This document shows, in pieces, positions 13,074-24,418 of a stretch of 64,000 nt of DNA. The stretch comes from Eledone cirrhosa (taxonomy: Eukaryota). The stretch is taken from contig OZ024742.1 in NCBI GenBank assembly GCA_964016885.1, forward strand, positions 236,158,001-236,222,000, in the 5' to 3' direction. Under the pieces are notes generated by a model that was given only the letters and a program-made list of their open reading frames with translations, was not told the origin of the DNA and made no database searches. Both the position numbers and the translations under genes were made by a program. How positions within the stretch are numbered: the first letter of the stretch is position 1; the number at the start of each line of letters is the position of its first letter.

Positions 13074-13711
13074 ATTTTGAATTTTTTTTTATTACAAAGC
13101 TATTTCCTGTTAACTTAGATGTAATGTATATTTAACTGTATATGTTTTTCAGGTATTGAATAAATTATTTTAACTTGTTTTTTGTGGTAAATATTTCAAA
13201 TAGTATTAACAAATGTCGTAACTGGAGGCGCAACTCATGGTGTCTGACACTCTTACCGACTAAATAGGTTGGGTGTCTATTATACTGGGATCGGCTACAT
13301 AGCCCCATCCAACATATGAAGTAGCCAATTATTATAGGTGTAATGGTAGTTTTGCGAATTAATATAATCTGGTTGTTATTTGTAATATAATTTGAAAGTA
13401 TTAACCATATAACAGGCAGATGGGTGACATGCAGATGAAATATAAAAAGATGGGGAAGGCAAAGAGATGTGTGTTAGCGCGCAGATGTGACCGGAAGAGG
13501 AAATAAAGAAAGGCAGTGTACAAGACAATTTTACACACACACACATCTTCATTCTAATCAGCTCTGAAACCAGCAAAACGGTTTCGCACGATTTGGTACA
13601 AGTAATTAATAACCTAATGATATTGATGTGTTTCCATGAAAATTTAACGAAATGAAAGAGGCGAACATTCCTTGAAAAATATCAATAGTAAATATAATTG
13701 TTAAAATGTGA

Positions 13712-13783
13712 AACTCTTTGTTATAGAGGTATGATTCTCGTTTTGAATGCAAGATATCATGGGTTCAAATCCTAGACAAGTCC
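13712..13783 (+). pseudogene. Degenerate tRNA-Pro relic
   Basis: TAGAGGTATGATTCTCG...GGGTTCAAATCCTAGACAAGTCC; flank shared with 1636 and 19741. Confidence 0.65.
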
Positions 13784-13879
13784 TTTCTTATCCCTTATTT
13801 GAAAATAAAATTTGCACGTAGTTTTCTGCCGGAAATTCTATCCCTCCAGTGGACTTTTTATGTTTTTCCTTATGTATGT

Positions 13880-13960
<81 letters not shown>

Positions 13961-13996
13961 AATACATACACACATATATATATGTGTGTGTGTATA

Positions 13997-14063
<67 letters not shown>

Positions 14064-14220
14064 AATTAGTATATCTACCAACATATGTATACAGATGCAT
14101 ACCTATGTTAGCAAATATATATGTTTTGTCTTAGTAACTTTGTGGTTCTATGCAAGGGGATGCAAAGACGTAAATAATTTGAAAGACGTAAATAATTTTC
14201 ATAACTTTCTTATTTACGTC

Positions 14221-14313
<93 letters not shown>

Positions 14314-14356
14314 TATATACACACACACATATATATGTGTGTATGTATTCACACAC

Positions 14357-14423
<67 letters not shown>

Positions 14424-14950
14424 ATTATATATTATGTAATGTAATATATCTTATTTTAATTAAATTTTAATTAAATTCTAACAATATTTTAAAATCTTAA
14501 CAATTTTTTTATCCTTAATTTAATTTTTTAACTTACCATTATAAATACTATAAACACAGCATAATGAACGTTATATTTACGTTCTGAGTATTCATCCATG
14601 TAAAACTTATTTCTTCGTTCGCTTCGCTTCTCTTCACTATCACTATGCATAATCTTCTTCTTTGTTTCTCTTTTTCTTCTCTCTCCCTTTCACTATTCTT
14701 TCTCCCTCCATTTCAATATTTTTTCTCTCCCTCTCAATATTTTTTCTCTCTCCCTCTCAATATCTTTTCTTCCAACAGTTTAATTTAAATAAACCGTTGT
14801 TTTTTCAATTTTTCTGACACTCATTTGCATACTCACTCATAACTTTGTATCACCCTCAATAAAATATTATCTCCACTATCCAGGGAACTTCAACCGTTAA
14901 GGTTGTCTTTTTTCCGGGTATGTCAATATTTATTTATAAAACAAATCTGT

Positions 14951-15014
14951 ATTTTATCTGATGAAAGCGCACCATAATTTGCCTTGGTTGCCCTTGAAAT
15001 ATATATAATAAAAT
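14951..15014 (+). ncRNA. Minimal type I hammerhead ribozyme (family H1) in a Penelope-like pLTR remnant (~14860-15135)
   Basis: ATTTTAT-CTGATGA-[AAGCGCACC..GGTTGCCCTT imperfect stem II]-GAAA-TATATA-TA-ATAAAAT; stem I is a perfect 7 bp. Confidence 0.75.
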
Positions 15015-15132
15015 AATTATGGTTTGATAAATATAGTTTATATTGAATATTTACTCCACTAATTGTTGAGTGCTTTATATCAGTTATAACATTTTAAAGC
15101 TTGTTGAATCCCAACAAATTAAATATAACCTC

Positions 15133-15204
<72 letters not shown>

Positions 15205-15215
15205 CATATACATAC

Positions 15216-15277
<62 letters not shown>

Positions 15278-15325
15278 CAACAAAAAGTCAACAGGTAAAA
15301 AGTAACTTCGTTTATTCAAAATGAA

Positions 15326-15472
15326 TAATAATTGTTTCTACTTTTTGGCACAAGGCCAGCAATTATCCCAGTACGTTATTGGTGCCTTATTTTATCGAAC
15401 CGTAAAAGGCCGTAACTCTATGCTGCAAAGCATGGCGTCCAATCCTCTACCGATTCTGCCACTCCAATAATA
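15326..15472 (-). mobile_element. Nin-SINE, internally deleted; part of a segment duplicated with 3950-4170 and 4570-4720
   Basis: Same head, tail and unique flanks (AAAGTAACTTCGTTTATTCAAAATG; AAAGAGAAGGCGTAGGAGGAGCAG) as the 4 kb region. Confidence 0.75.
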
Positions 15473-15562
15473 ATAAGAAAGAGAAGGCGTAGGAGGAGCA
15501 GAATAAAAAGAACAGGGGGGGGGGGAGGAAGAAGAGAAACTTCTTTCAAAAATTGTGTTGAT

Positions 15563-15617
15563 GGGTTCGTCTGGGATTTGAACCCGGGACCTCTCGCACC
15601 CAAAGCGAGAATCATAC
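15563..15617 (-). pseudogene. tRNA-Pro(TGG) truncated in the D-loop by a CRE insertion
   Basis: Only nt 18-72 of the gene remain (GTATGATTCTCGCTTTGGG...); the first 17 nt are replaced by the retroelement 3' end. Confidence 0.9.
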
Positions 15618-17187
15618 ATGTAGACAGGCACATATTCTTCATTGACCATACTTAAATATGGAATGATACCCGATGCCCCCCCCCCACACACACACACAGC
15701 CCCGGCGGACAGGATGGAGAAGGCGTTTCCCCGGAGGACGGCAAGGGAGACGCGTTGAAAGAACCACTCCAACTCGCGCGGCTCACACCTGCGGCTGGCC
15801 AGCTAAGCGCCTATGGTCGTGAGTAGGGAGGTAGCCCTAGGGCCGAGGACAGAAGTCTCCACTGCCAGTGGTACAACCGCAAACCTGTCGCAGAGCCACT
15901 GGTATTTGAGGAGTTTGCCCTCCTCAGCCCGACGTGCAGCAGAACCTGGGTTAGTCGCAGACTGCACCAGGTTGTGGCTGCAGAAAGTGTCGGTGCAAGT
16001 GGCATCCCCGACGAGGGGTTTGCCATCGCGGAACGGGAAGATGGTCATGCCATCTGGCCTTTTTGCCGTGCCCTCGGTCTAGCCTCACCGGCTCGAGCTG
16101 GGAAGGGAAACCTGCAGCGTCCAAGCCATGATTTATGACCTCGTTGAGGGCAGTATGGCGTGGAAGGCGACCGGCACTGTGGTGACAGGAAAGCGGGAGG
16201 AGGCCGAAAGAGTCCACGGTGGATCCGCAGCGACATTGGTATGGCTCGCAGATCCGGAGGCCGAGCCTGAAGGAAACGCCGATGCGCAGGCTATTGTTGT
16301 CTAGCTGCGTGCCAGTGGAGAAGGAGGGCAGGGCATGGAGCCAGGCACCACTGTGGGGTTTGGAGGCCGCACGAAAACAAGCAAGGCGGTGCTGGTCGAG
16401 CTGGCGCGTGATCCTGTCTGAGGCTAGGCTGCACTGGATGGCATCCCAAGTGCTTTGGGGGTACTTGACATCAACAGGGGCAGAAGGAAGAGGGACGTCT
16501 ACTGGGCTAAGTCCCAGCCGGTCCCACGTCTCACAGGCGGCCTCACATTCTCTGAACACAGAGGGTTTTATTGTGTTTGGAAGAACCCTGCTGACGAGGA
16601 CGTGGCACAAGGTTACTGACGAAAGATACGCCGGCAAAGCCAGTGAGATCGGGGACCGGAGGCCAAGGCCACCATACCTGACAAGAAAGTGTCTTGTTGT
16701 CATCCAATGTCGTCAAACTTGACGTTGCATCCCGGATACAAGTATCGAGAAGGGATGTGTGGGTGTAGCATGGAGCACTGTGAAGGGTATAGAGGAGCTT
16801 CGGCATGGCGAAGCAGTTCCTCAACAGAAAGAGAGCTGGGTGGCCATCGATCAAACCCAGTCGGCTCGTGATAGTCTGGAGTTGCTGAAACCTGGACCTG
16901 ATGGTGGAGCGGATGGCCGGTGGGAGGATCGGTGACCCGAGGATGAGGACATCCTCTTTGGGGGTCACCTGTACCTGGTGTAGAATGGACCGCACGTCCG
17001 AGACGGAAGCTGCAAAGCTCTCAGCATCGTGGTTGACATTCACCACCTCCGACTTGGCCGAGTTGACCTGGAGGCCGATTCCCGCCAGGGCAGGAACCAC
17101 CGATTGTAGGTCATGGCAGATAGTCTATACGGGCCCACCCAACGTAGCATCATCCAAATACCCGAACAGTTCCGGCCCCTCTTCCGT
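15618..17187 (-). mobile_element. CRE-clade non-LTR retrotransposon, 5'-truncated (copy B)
   Basis: Begins just before RT motif GYLDDATLGG..GLQVNSAKSE. Continues with LLRNCFAMPKLLYTL, GGLGLRS, SGAWLHALP, CRCG..H..C, RHTALNEVI, PDG..DATC, AEEGKLLKY, AVETS and FQRVSLAVLRGNA, across frameshifts. Confidence 0.85.
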
Positions 17188-17520
17188 CTGTTAGTGGTGC
17201 TGCGTTGTCACTGTGATTCTGACTGACTGTTATGTTGGAAACACTTTTTTTATTTGTTTTTTACCTTCCATTTATTGTATTATATTTCTAGATGTCGAGG
17301 TTTTCTAGGACACCAGGCCCACTCTTAAATCAATAGTCCTTTTCTCAATCATGTCAAAATATCAGTAAATCAATAACATTAGCTCAATAAACACAATTGA
17401 CCCCACAAAATTACCCTTTAGAACATATGACGGGTTCAATTATTGAAAGTGTAATGATATTGTGCGAAATAATACAATTTGATAGATATTAGTAATATAA
17501 TTTGAAAGTAACTAGCAGCC

Positions 17521-17578
17521 GGCTCATTGGTCTGGGGGCATGATTTTCGCTTAGGGTGCGAGGTCCGGGATTCAATTC
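17521..17578 (+). pseudogene. tRNA-Pro(AGG) pseudogene, 3'-truncated
   Basis: GGCTCATTGGTCTGGGGGCATGATTTTCGCTTAGGGTGCGAGGTCCGGGATTCAA then unrelated sequence. Confidence 0.8.
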
Positions 17579-17900
17579 ATAACCATATTTTCTAACAAAC
17601 AAGGAAACGTTACAACTTTATAATTTCATGTTATACATTTATTATTATTGAAAAGATAAAACCATAACCTTAGACCAGCCGGTTCATTTGTAGAAAGTTG
17701 CTTTATATAAAACCTTCCTGAAAGCGTGTCTGAGGGCACCGTTCCCACGGCCCTCTCAAGAATTGTTAACATTTATCATTGATAATCTTGTAGCATAAAA
17801 TCCTAAAAAAGAAGAAAAGAAGAGGAATAGGAGGAGCAGAAGAATAAAAGGCTGTTGTGTACTATACAAAAACATTTTCAGAACCAAAAAATAGGTAAAT

Positions 17901-17972
17901 GGGATCGTTCGGGATTTGAACCCAGGAACTCTCACACCCAAAGCGAGAATCATACCCCTGGACCAACGAGCC
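17901..17972 (-). pseudogene. tRNA-Pro(TGG) pseudogene
   Basis: Full length, about 6 substitutions against the intact copy at 2465. Confidence 0.85.
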
Positions 17973-18330
17973 AAGCACGATGAGTACGCACTAGTAATTA
18001 TAGTTTTAATGTTAGTTTTAAATAGGACTCTGACTGTTACTATGTTTGAAACACATTTTTGTTTGGTTTTTATCTTTTATTTATTGTATTATGTTTCTAG
18101 CTGTTGAGGCTTTTTAGGACATCTGGTCCACTCTAAAATCTAAAGTCCACTTCTCAATCATGTCCAAATATCAATAATCACAATTGACCCCACAACATCA
18201 CACTTTTTATAAAACATATGACGGGGTCAATTATTGAAAGTATAATGATATTGTGCGAAATAATACAATTTGATAGATATTATACAATTTGATAGATATT
18301 AGTAATATAATTATAAAACAAATAGCAGCC

Positions 18331-18403
18331 GGCTCGTTGGTCTAGGTGTATGATTTTTCCCTTAGGGTGCGAGAGGTCCCGGGTTCAAATCCCGCACGAG
18401 CCC
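18331..18403 (+). pseudogene. tRNA-Pro(AGG) pseudogene
   Basis: Full length with a 1-nt insertion, a broken anticodon stem and a T-stem mismatch. Confidence 0.85.
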
Positions 18404-18776
18404 AAAGATTTTGAAATTTTTTTTTGCTATAATATTATAAATCTATTTTCTGTCGCACCGTGTTGACTTAGATGTAATATACATTTAAATTTATATATTT
18501 TTCATGAATCATCTAATGTTTTTACCTTTGGGAACTATTAGTATAACTGTCAGTGATGGAAAAAAGCTCAATTTAAAACAACTAAATGCAAGCTCTAGAT
18601 CATTTCTGAGTAACAAAATGTGTTTACATCTATTTACGTTTTCGCGGCCTGGTTTATGTGGAAAAAAATAATAATAAAACAGTACGGAAATCGATCAGCA
18701 TTGGTCACTCTGTTTTGCTTGTAGTATTTAACATATTGTGTTTAAAAGGAAACATTAGGGGTTGTGGGAAACGTCA

Positions 18777-18845
18777 AGATCATCCGGAAATTGAACGTGG
18801 GACTTCCAACAGTCAAAGCTAGCAATATACCCTTAGACAAATAAA
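18777..18845 (-). pseudogene. Very degenerate tRNA-Pro-like relic
   Basis: TCATCCGGAAATTGAACGTGGGAC...CAAAGC...ATACCCTTAGAC aligns loosely to the minus-strand Pro gene. Confidence 0.45.
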
Positions 18846-18944
18846 CCTCATTACTTCGTCTGTATAAACAATTGTATTTGTCTCTTGGCGATAAAAAGTC
18901 ACTTCTCATACATAATTATTACTAATTTCTAAAGTCTTATAAAC

Positions 18945-19530
18945 ATGTAAATGGAGTTCCACTGAAGCAGGTGGAGAAGTTCAATTATATCGGGGTTGTG
19001 TTCACGTGTGATGGAAGCCAAGATGCTGACTTATGTGCAAGAATTACAGATGCTGGTCCAGTAGTACGCCAGCTTCAGCATTCAGTAATGAGAAGACGGC
19101 AGGTAGGCGTAAAAGCAAAACTCGCTATCTTCAATTCGGTAGTAGTGACCGAAAGAATACGATAGCGAATACAAGCGCTCGCAATGGGGTTCCTCCGAAG
19201 GGTCTTTGGAGGAATGTTACTTGATAGAGTGCGTTGCTTCGAGACCAGAGAGCCACTGCAAGTAGAGCCGCTACTTCTTCGAATTGAGAGATCAGAACTC
19301 CGATACTTACAGGCATATAGTTAGATTGGCTCGGGAAAGAATCGCTGGACAGAATTTATGGGCAAAACGAACGTGCAGGAGACCCAGGGCTAGACTCCAA
19401 GCAAGATGGTTCTATAACATCATGAGCTTGGTGTTCCAGTCGGGTCAATTGGAGACGCTTTTTTTCTGACAGGACCCGCTGGAAGGAGTGCTTAAGGACT
19501 CTTCCCCTACGACCCTTTCAGGAACAAGAA
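18945..19530 (+). mobile_element. RTE-clade (Expander/Rex3-like) LINE, decayed 3' fragment
   Basis: NGVPLKQVEKFNYIGVVFTCDG..KAKLAIFNS..TERIR.RIQA..MGFLRRV..RPRAR...RW. Confidence 0.75.
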
Positions 19531-19740
19531 GTCGAAGGAGTATATTAATGTTCAGCAGCTGGATCGTTGTTCAAAATACAAATTATCCAGAGTGGATTTT
19601 CTTTTCATTTTAATGTATTTTGTTTGGTTCAAGTAATTAACATCTTCATACTAATATCTTTCCATTAAGAAATAATGAAATGAAAGAGCCGAACATCCCT
19701 TGAAAATTATCAATAGAAAATATATTTGTTCAAATTGTGA

Positions 19741-19812
19741 AAATCCTTTGACTAGAGGTACGATTCCCGCTTTGAGTTTAATATGTTACGTATTCAAATC
19801 CTAGACGAGCAC
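19741..19812 (+). pseudogene. Degenerate tRNA-Pro relic
   Basis: CTAGAGGTACGATTCCCGCTTTGAG...TTCAAATCCTAGACGAGCAC; shared flanks. Confidence 0.6.
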
Positions 19813-19907
19813 TTTTGTATCCGTTGTACATGTACTTTTAAATTTACGTTTCATATAAGTTCTTACCTGACAGCAGAAAATAGCGTTAGAATCATAAAAT
19901 TTAATTA

Positions 19908-19980
19908 GGGTTCATCCCGCATATGAACCAGGGTTCCCCCGAAACCTAAGCGAAAATCATACACCAAAACCAAGGAGACC
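19908..19980 (-). pseudogene. Degenerate tRNA-Pro(AGG) relic
   Basis: GGGTTCATCCC..TGAACCAGGG...CCTAAGCGAAAATCATAC..ACCAA. Confidence 0.55.
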
Positions 19981-20649
19981 ACTGATTAAAAACTTCCAAT
20001 TATATTACCAATAGTAAACGTGTTATATTAATTTAAAATACATAACGTATCTTATATTGTCTGTGAGAAACAACAAAGAAAACTGTCTACTTTGCTGATT
20101 AATCTATCATAACCATATTCTTTAACAAACAAGGAAAAGTTACAACTTTATAATTTCGTGTTATTCATTTAATATTACTGAAAAGATAAAAACATAAAGT
20201 TAGACCAGCCGGTCCATTTGTAGACGGTTGTTTCATATTCAATGTTCGTGTAAGTTTTAGTTATTTGTAATCCAATATAATAGTTTTTTTGTCTTTTTTT
20301 TTCAACTGGCTATGATTCTTGCTTTTCCCCCGCCACCCTTAATATTCTGTTTTTCATCAAATTTTCAAACTCACATAGAAGTATATGACATTCAAATGGA
20401 GATGCCTCACATTAGAAAACGACAAAAAACAACAACAACAAAAAAACAATATGCAAAGCAAAAAATAGATACACACCCATTCATGTAAAAATAAAAGAAC
20501 TATTATACAGAAGAAGAAACATGGAATAAAGAACTTTTAAAATGTTCTCAGTTGATATGGGTTCCCTCGTATCCATAACAAAACAACTACAAACTTCTGG
20601 ATCAACTTAGTATGAAAGTTTAAAATTTACTTTGTTACATGAATCTTTT

Positions 20650-20920
20650 CCTATGATTTATCATTGCCAACATCGTTATGATATATTATTGCCAATATCT
20701 TATAATATATCATTGCCAACATTTCTATGATATATCATTTCCAACATTTCTATGATATATCACAGCCAACATCTTATATATCACAGCCAATATCTCTATA
20801 ACATATCACAGCTAACATCTCTATGATATATCACTGCCAACATCTCTATAATATATCACAACCAATATCTCTATGATATATCAATGCCAATATCTCTTTG
20901 ATAAATCACTGCCAATATCT
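20650..20920. repeat. ~25-bp minisatellite, about 11 degenerate units
   Basis: Consensus TGATATATCACTGCCAACATCTCTA. Confidence 0.85.
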
Positions 20921-21269
20921 AATGGTAATTAAAAAAATAAAAGCTACTCAACATCTATTGGGGTAGTGTGGGTGCCATCTTGGGAATTTCAAACTTGACA
21001 GGGTCCATCCTTCTTCAGCCGATTTCTTCTAGAGAAAGACAAAGATAAAAAAAAGAATCGACCCCTGTATTAGACCGATACTTTTGTTTTTATCGATTTT
21101 AAACTTGATTATTTTGCAGAATTTATGCAAACAATTTTAAATAGTCTTCAAAGGTATTTCCGACACGTCTGATTTTAGGAAACTGTTACCAAGACAAAAA
21201 TGTGAATTTATAAGCGAACTCTAAATGGCAAGGGTTTGAAATCAGTTTGTGCCACAAATGCGCAGGTCG

Positions 21270-21640
21270 TCTTATAGGGTGGATCTCCGGGTCTTCTTTG
21301 GTATTTTTCTCAGACGTGTGGTATTGGCTCTTCAAGGCATATATGCATTTGTAATCTTGTCTTGCCATTTAATACCCACAGTTTTCTGGAGGCATCTCTA
21401 TTGGAAAGTATCAAGGAGACAAACTCTACATCCTTGGCTGGGCAACATATCTCAGGTGGTGAAAGAATTGCCAAAGAGGATAGTCAGTGCCACTCGCTGC
21501 ATCAGCCATTCTAACTCACAGGCAGGATGTACTTTTCTAGATTTTGCGGAGGAAACCGCCAGGCCTGGGACGAAGGACACATGGTGTTTCAACAATAACC
21601 AGCACGAAAAAGTAGCGGTTGGTAAAATCTCTGTATTTAG
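21270..21640 (-). mobile_element. Old RTE-clade LINE fragment
   Basis: Minus frame reads RCLQKTVGIKWQDKITN..RANT, matching the RTE C-terminal ILxIxWQDxxxN motif. Confidence 0.55.
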
Positions 21641-21719
21641 TTGTCTTCCGTTGCTTTCCGTTACAGGTGGTGGAGCATATTTGAAAACATTAAATAATTT
21701 TCTTTTTCCGAATGTAATT

Positions 21720-21791
21720 GACTCGTTCTTCTAGGGGTATGATTCTTGCTTTTGGTGCGAGAGGTCCCGGGTTCGAATTCCGGACGATTTC
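21720..21791 (+). pseudogene. tRNA-Pro-derived pseudogene with anticodon mutated to TTG
   Basis: GACTCGTTCTTCTAGGGGTATGATTCTTGCTTTTGGTGCGAGAGGTCCCGGGTTCGAATTCCGGACGATTTC; A-box and acceptor stem damaged. Confidence 0.8.
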
Positions 21792-22261
21792 TTCAAATTT
21801 GTTTCTTTTACTGCATACTAGCAGTGTATTTCGGGCGTTGCACGAGTAAGAACATTGGTAATAGCACCTCCAATGAGAAACTTTTATTTGTGAGTGCCTG
21901 TTAAAAACTCACGAAAATATACCGACAGGACTCTTGTTTTATTTGGAGAAAATTAAGAAGTTGAAAGTACAGGTTATCTGTCTACGTGCATTGTTCATAG
22001 AAATATTGTTGAGCCCCTTCTTTTCATACTCCTCTGTTTTGGCCTATTGGAGTAAATGTGAAAGAGAAAGTCACAGGTTAAGTTGGCAGAAGGTTCCAGT
22101 GCAATAGCAGTAAGGCGAAGGCTACTTACCTCAAAAGTTCATTCGCACTCTTTCCACTAAATTACTCTTTCTCTTTATCCCTGTCGGTGCAGTCCCTTGC
22201 GAATTTCTCGCGTAGGCCTGGTGTAGATTTGCACCCGATCCATCTACCCGATGCACATGTC

Positions 22262-22490
22262 CGCTTTGTACGGCTTTTGGAGGAAGGAGTGACCAGCAGT
22301 ACGTTGTTCGGTATTATTACGAAAAGGTGTAGCAGAGAATCCCGCGTGAACTAACAGCTCGGGAGGAAACTGCTTACCTCGAAGATTCATTTACCATCGT
22401 TCTTGTCAACGCTCCGTTTAGTTGGTATTTGTTGGTCTACATCTAGATGAATGGCGCACAAAGGGTTAATGTTTATTGGCAAGAAGTGGC
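22262..22490. repeat. Unclassified interspersed repeat; inverted copy at ~52028-52250
   Basis: Near-identical reverse complement, e.g. CTTGTCAACGCTCCGTTTAGTTGGTATTTGTTGGTCTACA. Confidence 0.8.
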
Positions 22491-22539
22491 AATTCGGCTG
22501 GCTTGCCTCGCTTATATTATATATTAAAATAACAGATTA

Positions 22540-22960
22540 ATAACAGGTTCTTGTTGCCCTGATGTCACTATACGAATCCCCGAGTATTTGTTTTCGGATA
22601 AATGGTGCCAAATCGAAACATATCAATGTGGAAATCGGGCTCCGCCAAGGGTGCATACTGTCACCTCTACTGTTCATTATTTTCATGTACAGGAGTGACA
22701 TACGCAGCCGGGTTGGAAGTGGTATCACAGGTATAAAATCACAGGCAGGTATAAAATCAGTCAGCTGGAATTTGCTGGCGACAGAAGGTCATCTCCGACT
22801 TGCACTTGATAGGTTTGATGCCAAGTGCTGCATGGCTGATCAGGGCTGTGAAATCTGAGATACTCGTTCTCTGAAGGAAGCCTGCGCAGTGCACTCTACA
22901 TGTGAATGGAATTACAATGAAGCAGAAGAATAAGTCCAAGTATCTCGGAACCGTGTTCAA
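22540..22960 (+). mobile_element. RTE-clade RT fragment
   Basis: SLY..ING.KS....IGLRQGCILSPLLFIIFM..KYLGTVF. Confidence 0.75.
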
Positions 22961-23069
22961 AGCAAGTTTTTTACTTTAGAGAATAGTCTAAAATGAAATG
23001 CAAACAATTGTTGGCCGTGCTTTACTGATTTGTTTTCAAGATTTTTTAAACAAAATAATATTATATATG

Positions 23070-23235
23070 ATGTTTCTACTTTTGACACAAGGCCAGCAAT
23101 TACCCCCAATGCATTACTGGTGCTTTATTTTATCGACCCCGTAAGGATAAAAGGTAAAGTTAACCTCGACGGGATTTGAACTCAGAACGTAAAGGGCCAT
23201 AACTCTATGCTGCAAAGCATGGCATCAGACGATGC
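23070..23235 (-). mobile_element. Nin-SINE
   Basis: Core and tail as in 3978-4572. Confidence 0.8.
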
Positions 23236-23392
23236 TCTACGAGTACAAATTTTAGCACAAAGATTTGACAATATGTCATTAGCCATCTATCATATTTATT
23301 ACAGTTTGTTATTGTATTTCAGTATGTGTTGCAGTTCCCCACTCATCGTCCTATTTCTCAAATTTGTTATTTAATTTCAAAATACTTGCCAG

Positions 23393-23463
23393 TAGGGTTC
23401 TTGATAAGGGGTATGGTTTTCGTTTAGTGTGTACGATGTCCCATCTTGAAATCGTGTTAAGCC
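23393..23463 (+). pseudogene. Very degenerate tRNA-Pro(AGG)-like relic
   Basis: AGGGGTATGGTTTTCGTTTAGTGTG..GTCCC..TTGAAATC. Confidence 0.4.
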
Positions 23464-23619
23464 TCGATATTTTTCAGGAGATGCAATAATTTTTATCTTT
23501 TCCTTTTCTAATTCACGATAAAATATTTTATTTCTAATCAATTTCAAAATTCTTACAATTCACTTAAACAAACAAACAAGCATTTTCTATAACAAAAGAT
23601 GTTTATTATTAAAATATCA

Positions 23620-23997
23620 CTGAGTTCAAATCGCGCCGAGGTTAACTTTGCTTTTCATCCTTATGGGGTCGATAAAATAACGTACCAGTCACGCACTGGG
23701 TCGATTTAATCGACTTTTCCCTGTCCCAAAATTGCTGGCCTTGTACCTATATACGAAACCATTATTAAAATATAGGGCGGTGGATTAGCAGTATCGGTAG
23801 AGCGTCCGACACCATGATTTACAGCATGGAGTTACACCCTTTACGGCCTGAGTTCAAATCCCGCTGAGGTTAGATTTGCCTTTCATCCTTACAGGGTCGT
23901 CGATGAAATAAAGTACCAGTAAGGTATTGTGTCATTTGATCGACTTTCCCCTCCCTTAAATGTATTGACCTTGTGTCTAAATCAGAAACCATTATTA
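23620..23997 (+). mobile_element. Two tandem Nin-SINEs (first 5'-truncated)
   Basis: B-box, Nin core and ..GAAACCATTATT tail in both; second starts GGGCGGTGGATTAGCAG at ~23775. Confidence 0.8.
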
Positions 23998-24418
23998 AAA
24001 TATCACATCTTCTTGTGAATTAAGTCTGTGTTGGTTGATATTAAATATTTGCTTCGACAGTATTCTTACGAAATAAATATGATAAATATTGCTGAGTAAA
24101 TATAAAGAAAATTAAAACTATTATTATTATGAAATGACTTAATATGAAATAGAATCACCCATTTAGAGAAGAAAAATATCAGTGAGACTGGTGAAAAAAT
24201 TAGCAGACCAATGGAAAAGAAATAGATTAAATTAGTATAATACTAGACAACCCGTGACCCGTTGGGTCACGTTCATTTCAAAATATTTAAAAAAAATCAT
24301 GTTCACTTAAAAATAAATTTTAAATAATTAAAATATACACAGACATGTATATAATGTGAAACTGGAAGGCCCATATATATAGTGTGTGTATGTATATATA
24401 TAAATGTGTGTATACATA

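Noticed and set aside
4935-13075. Many long ORFs of VR, LG, NP and LT dipeptides
   Set aside because: They are translations of the hexameric telomere-like repeat, with no evidence of a gene.
20650-20920. CRISPR-like short repeats
   Set aside because: Plain degenerate 25-bp tandem repeat without spacers.
21249-21734. 161-aa plus-strand ORF as a host exon
   Set aside because: No recognisable domain; the opposite strand carries a decayed RTE motif.
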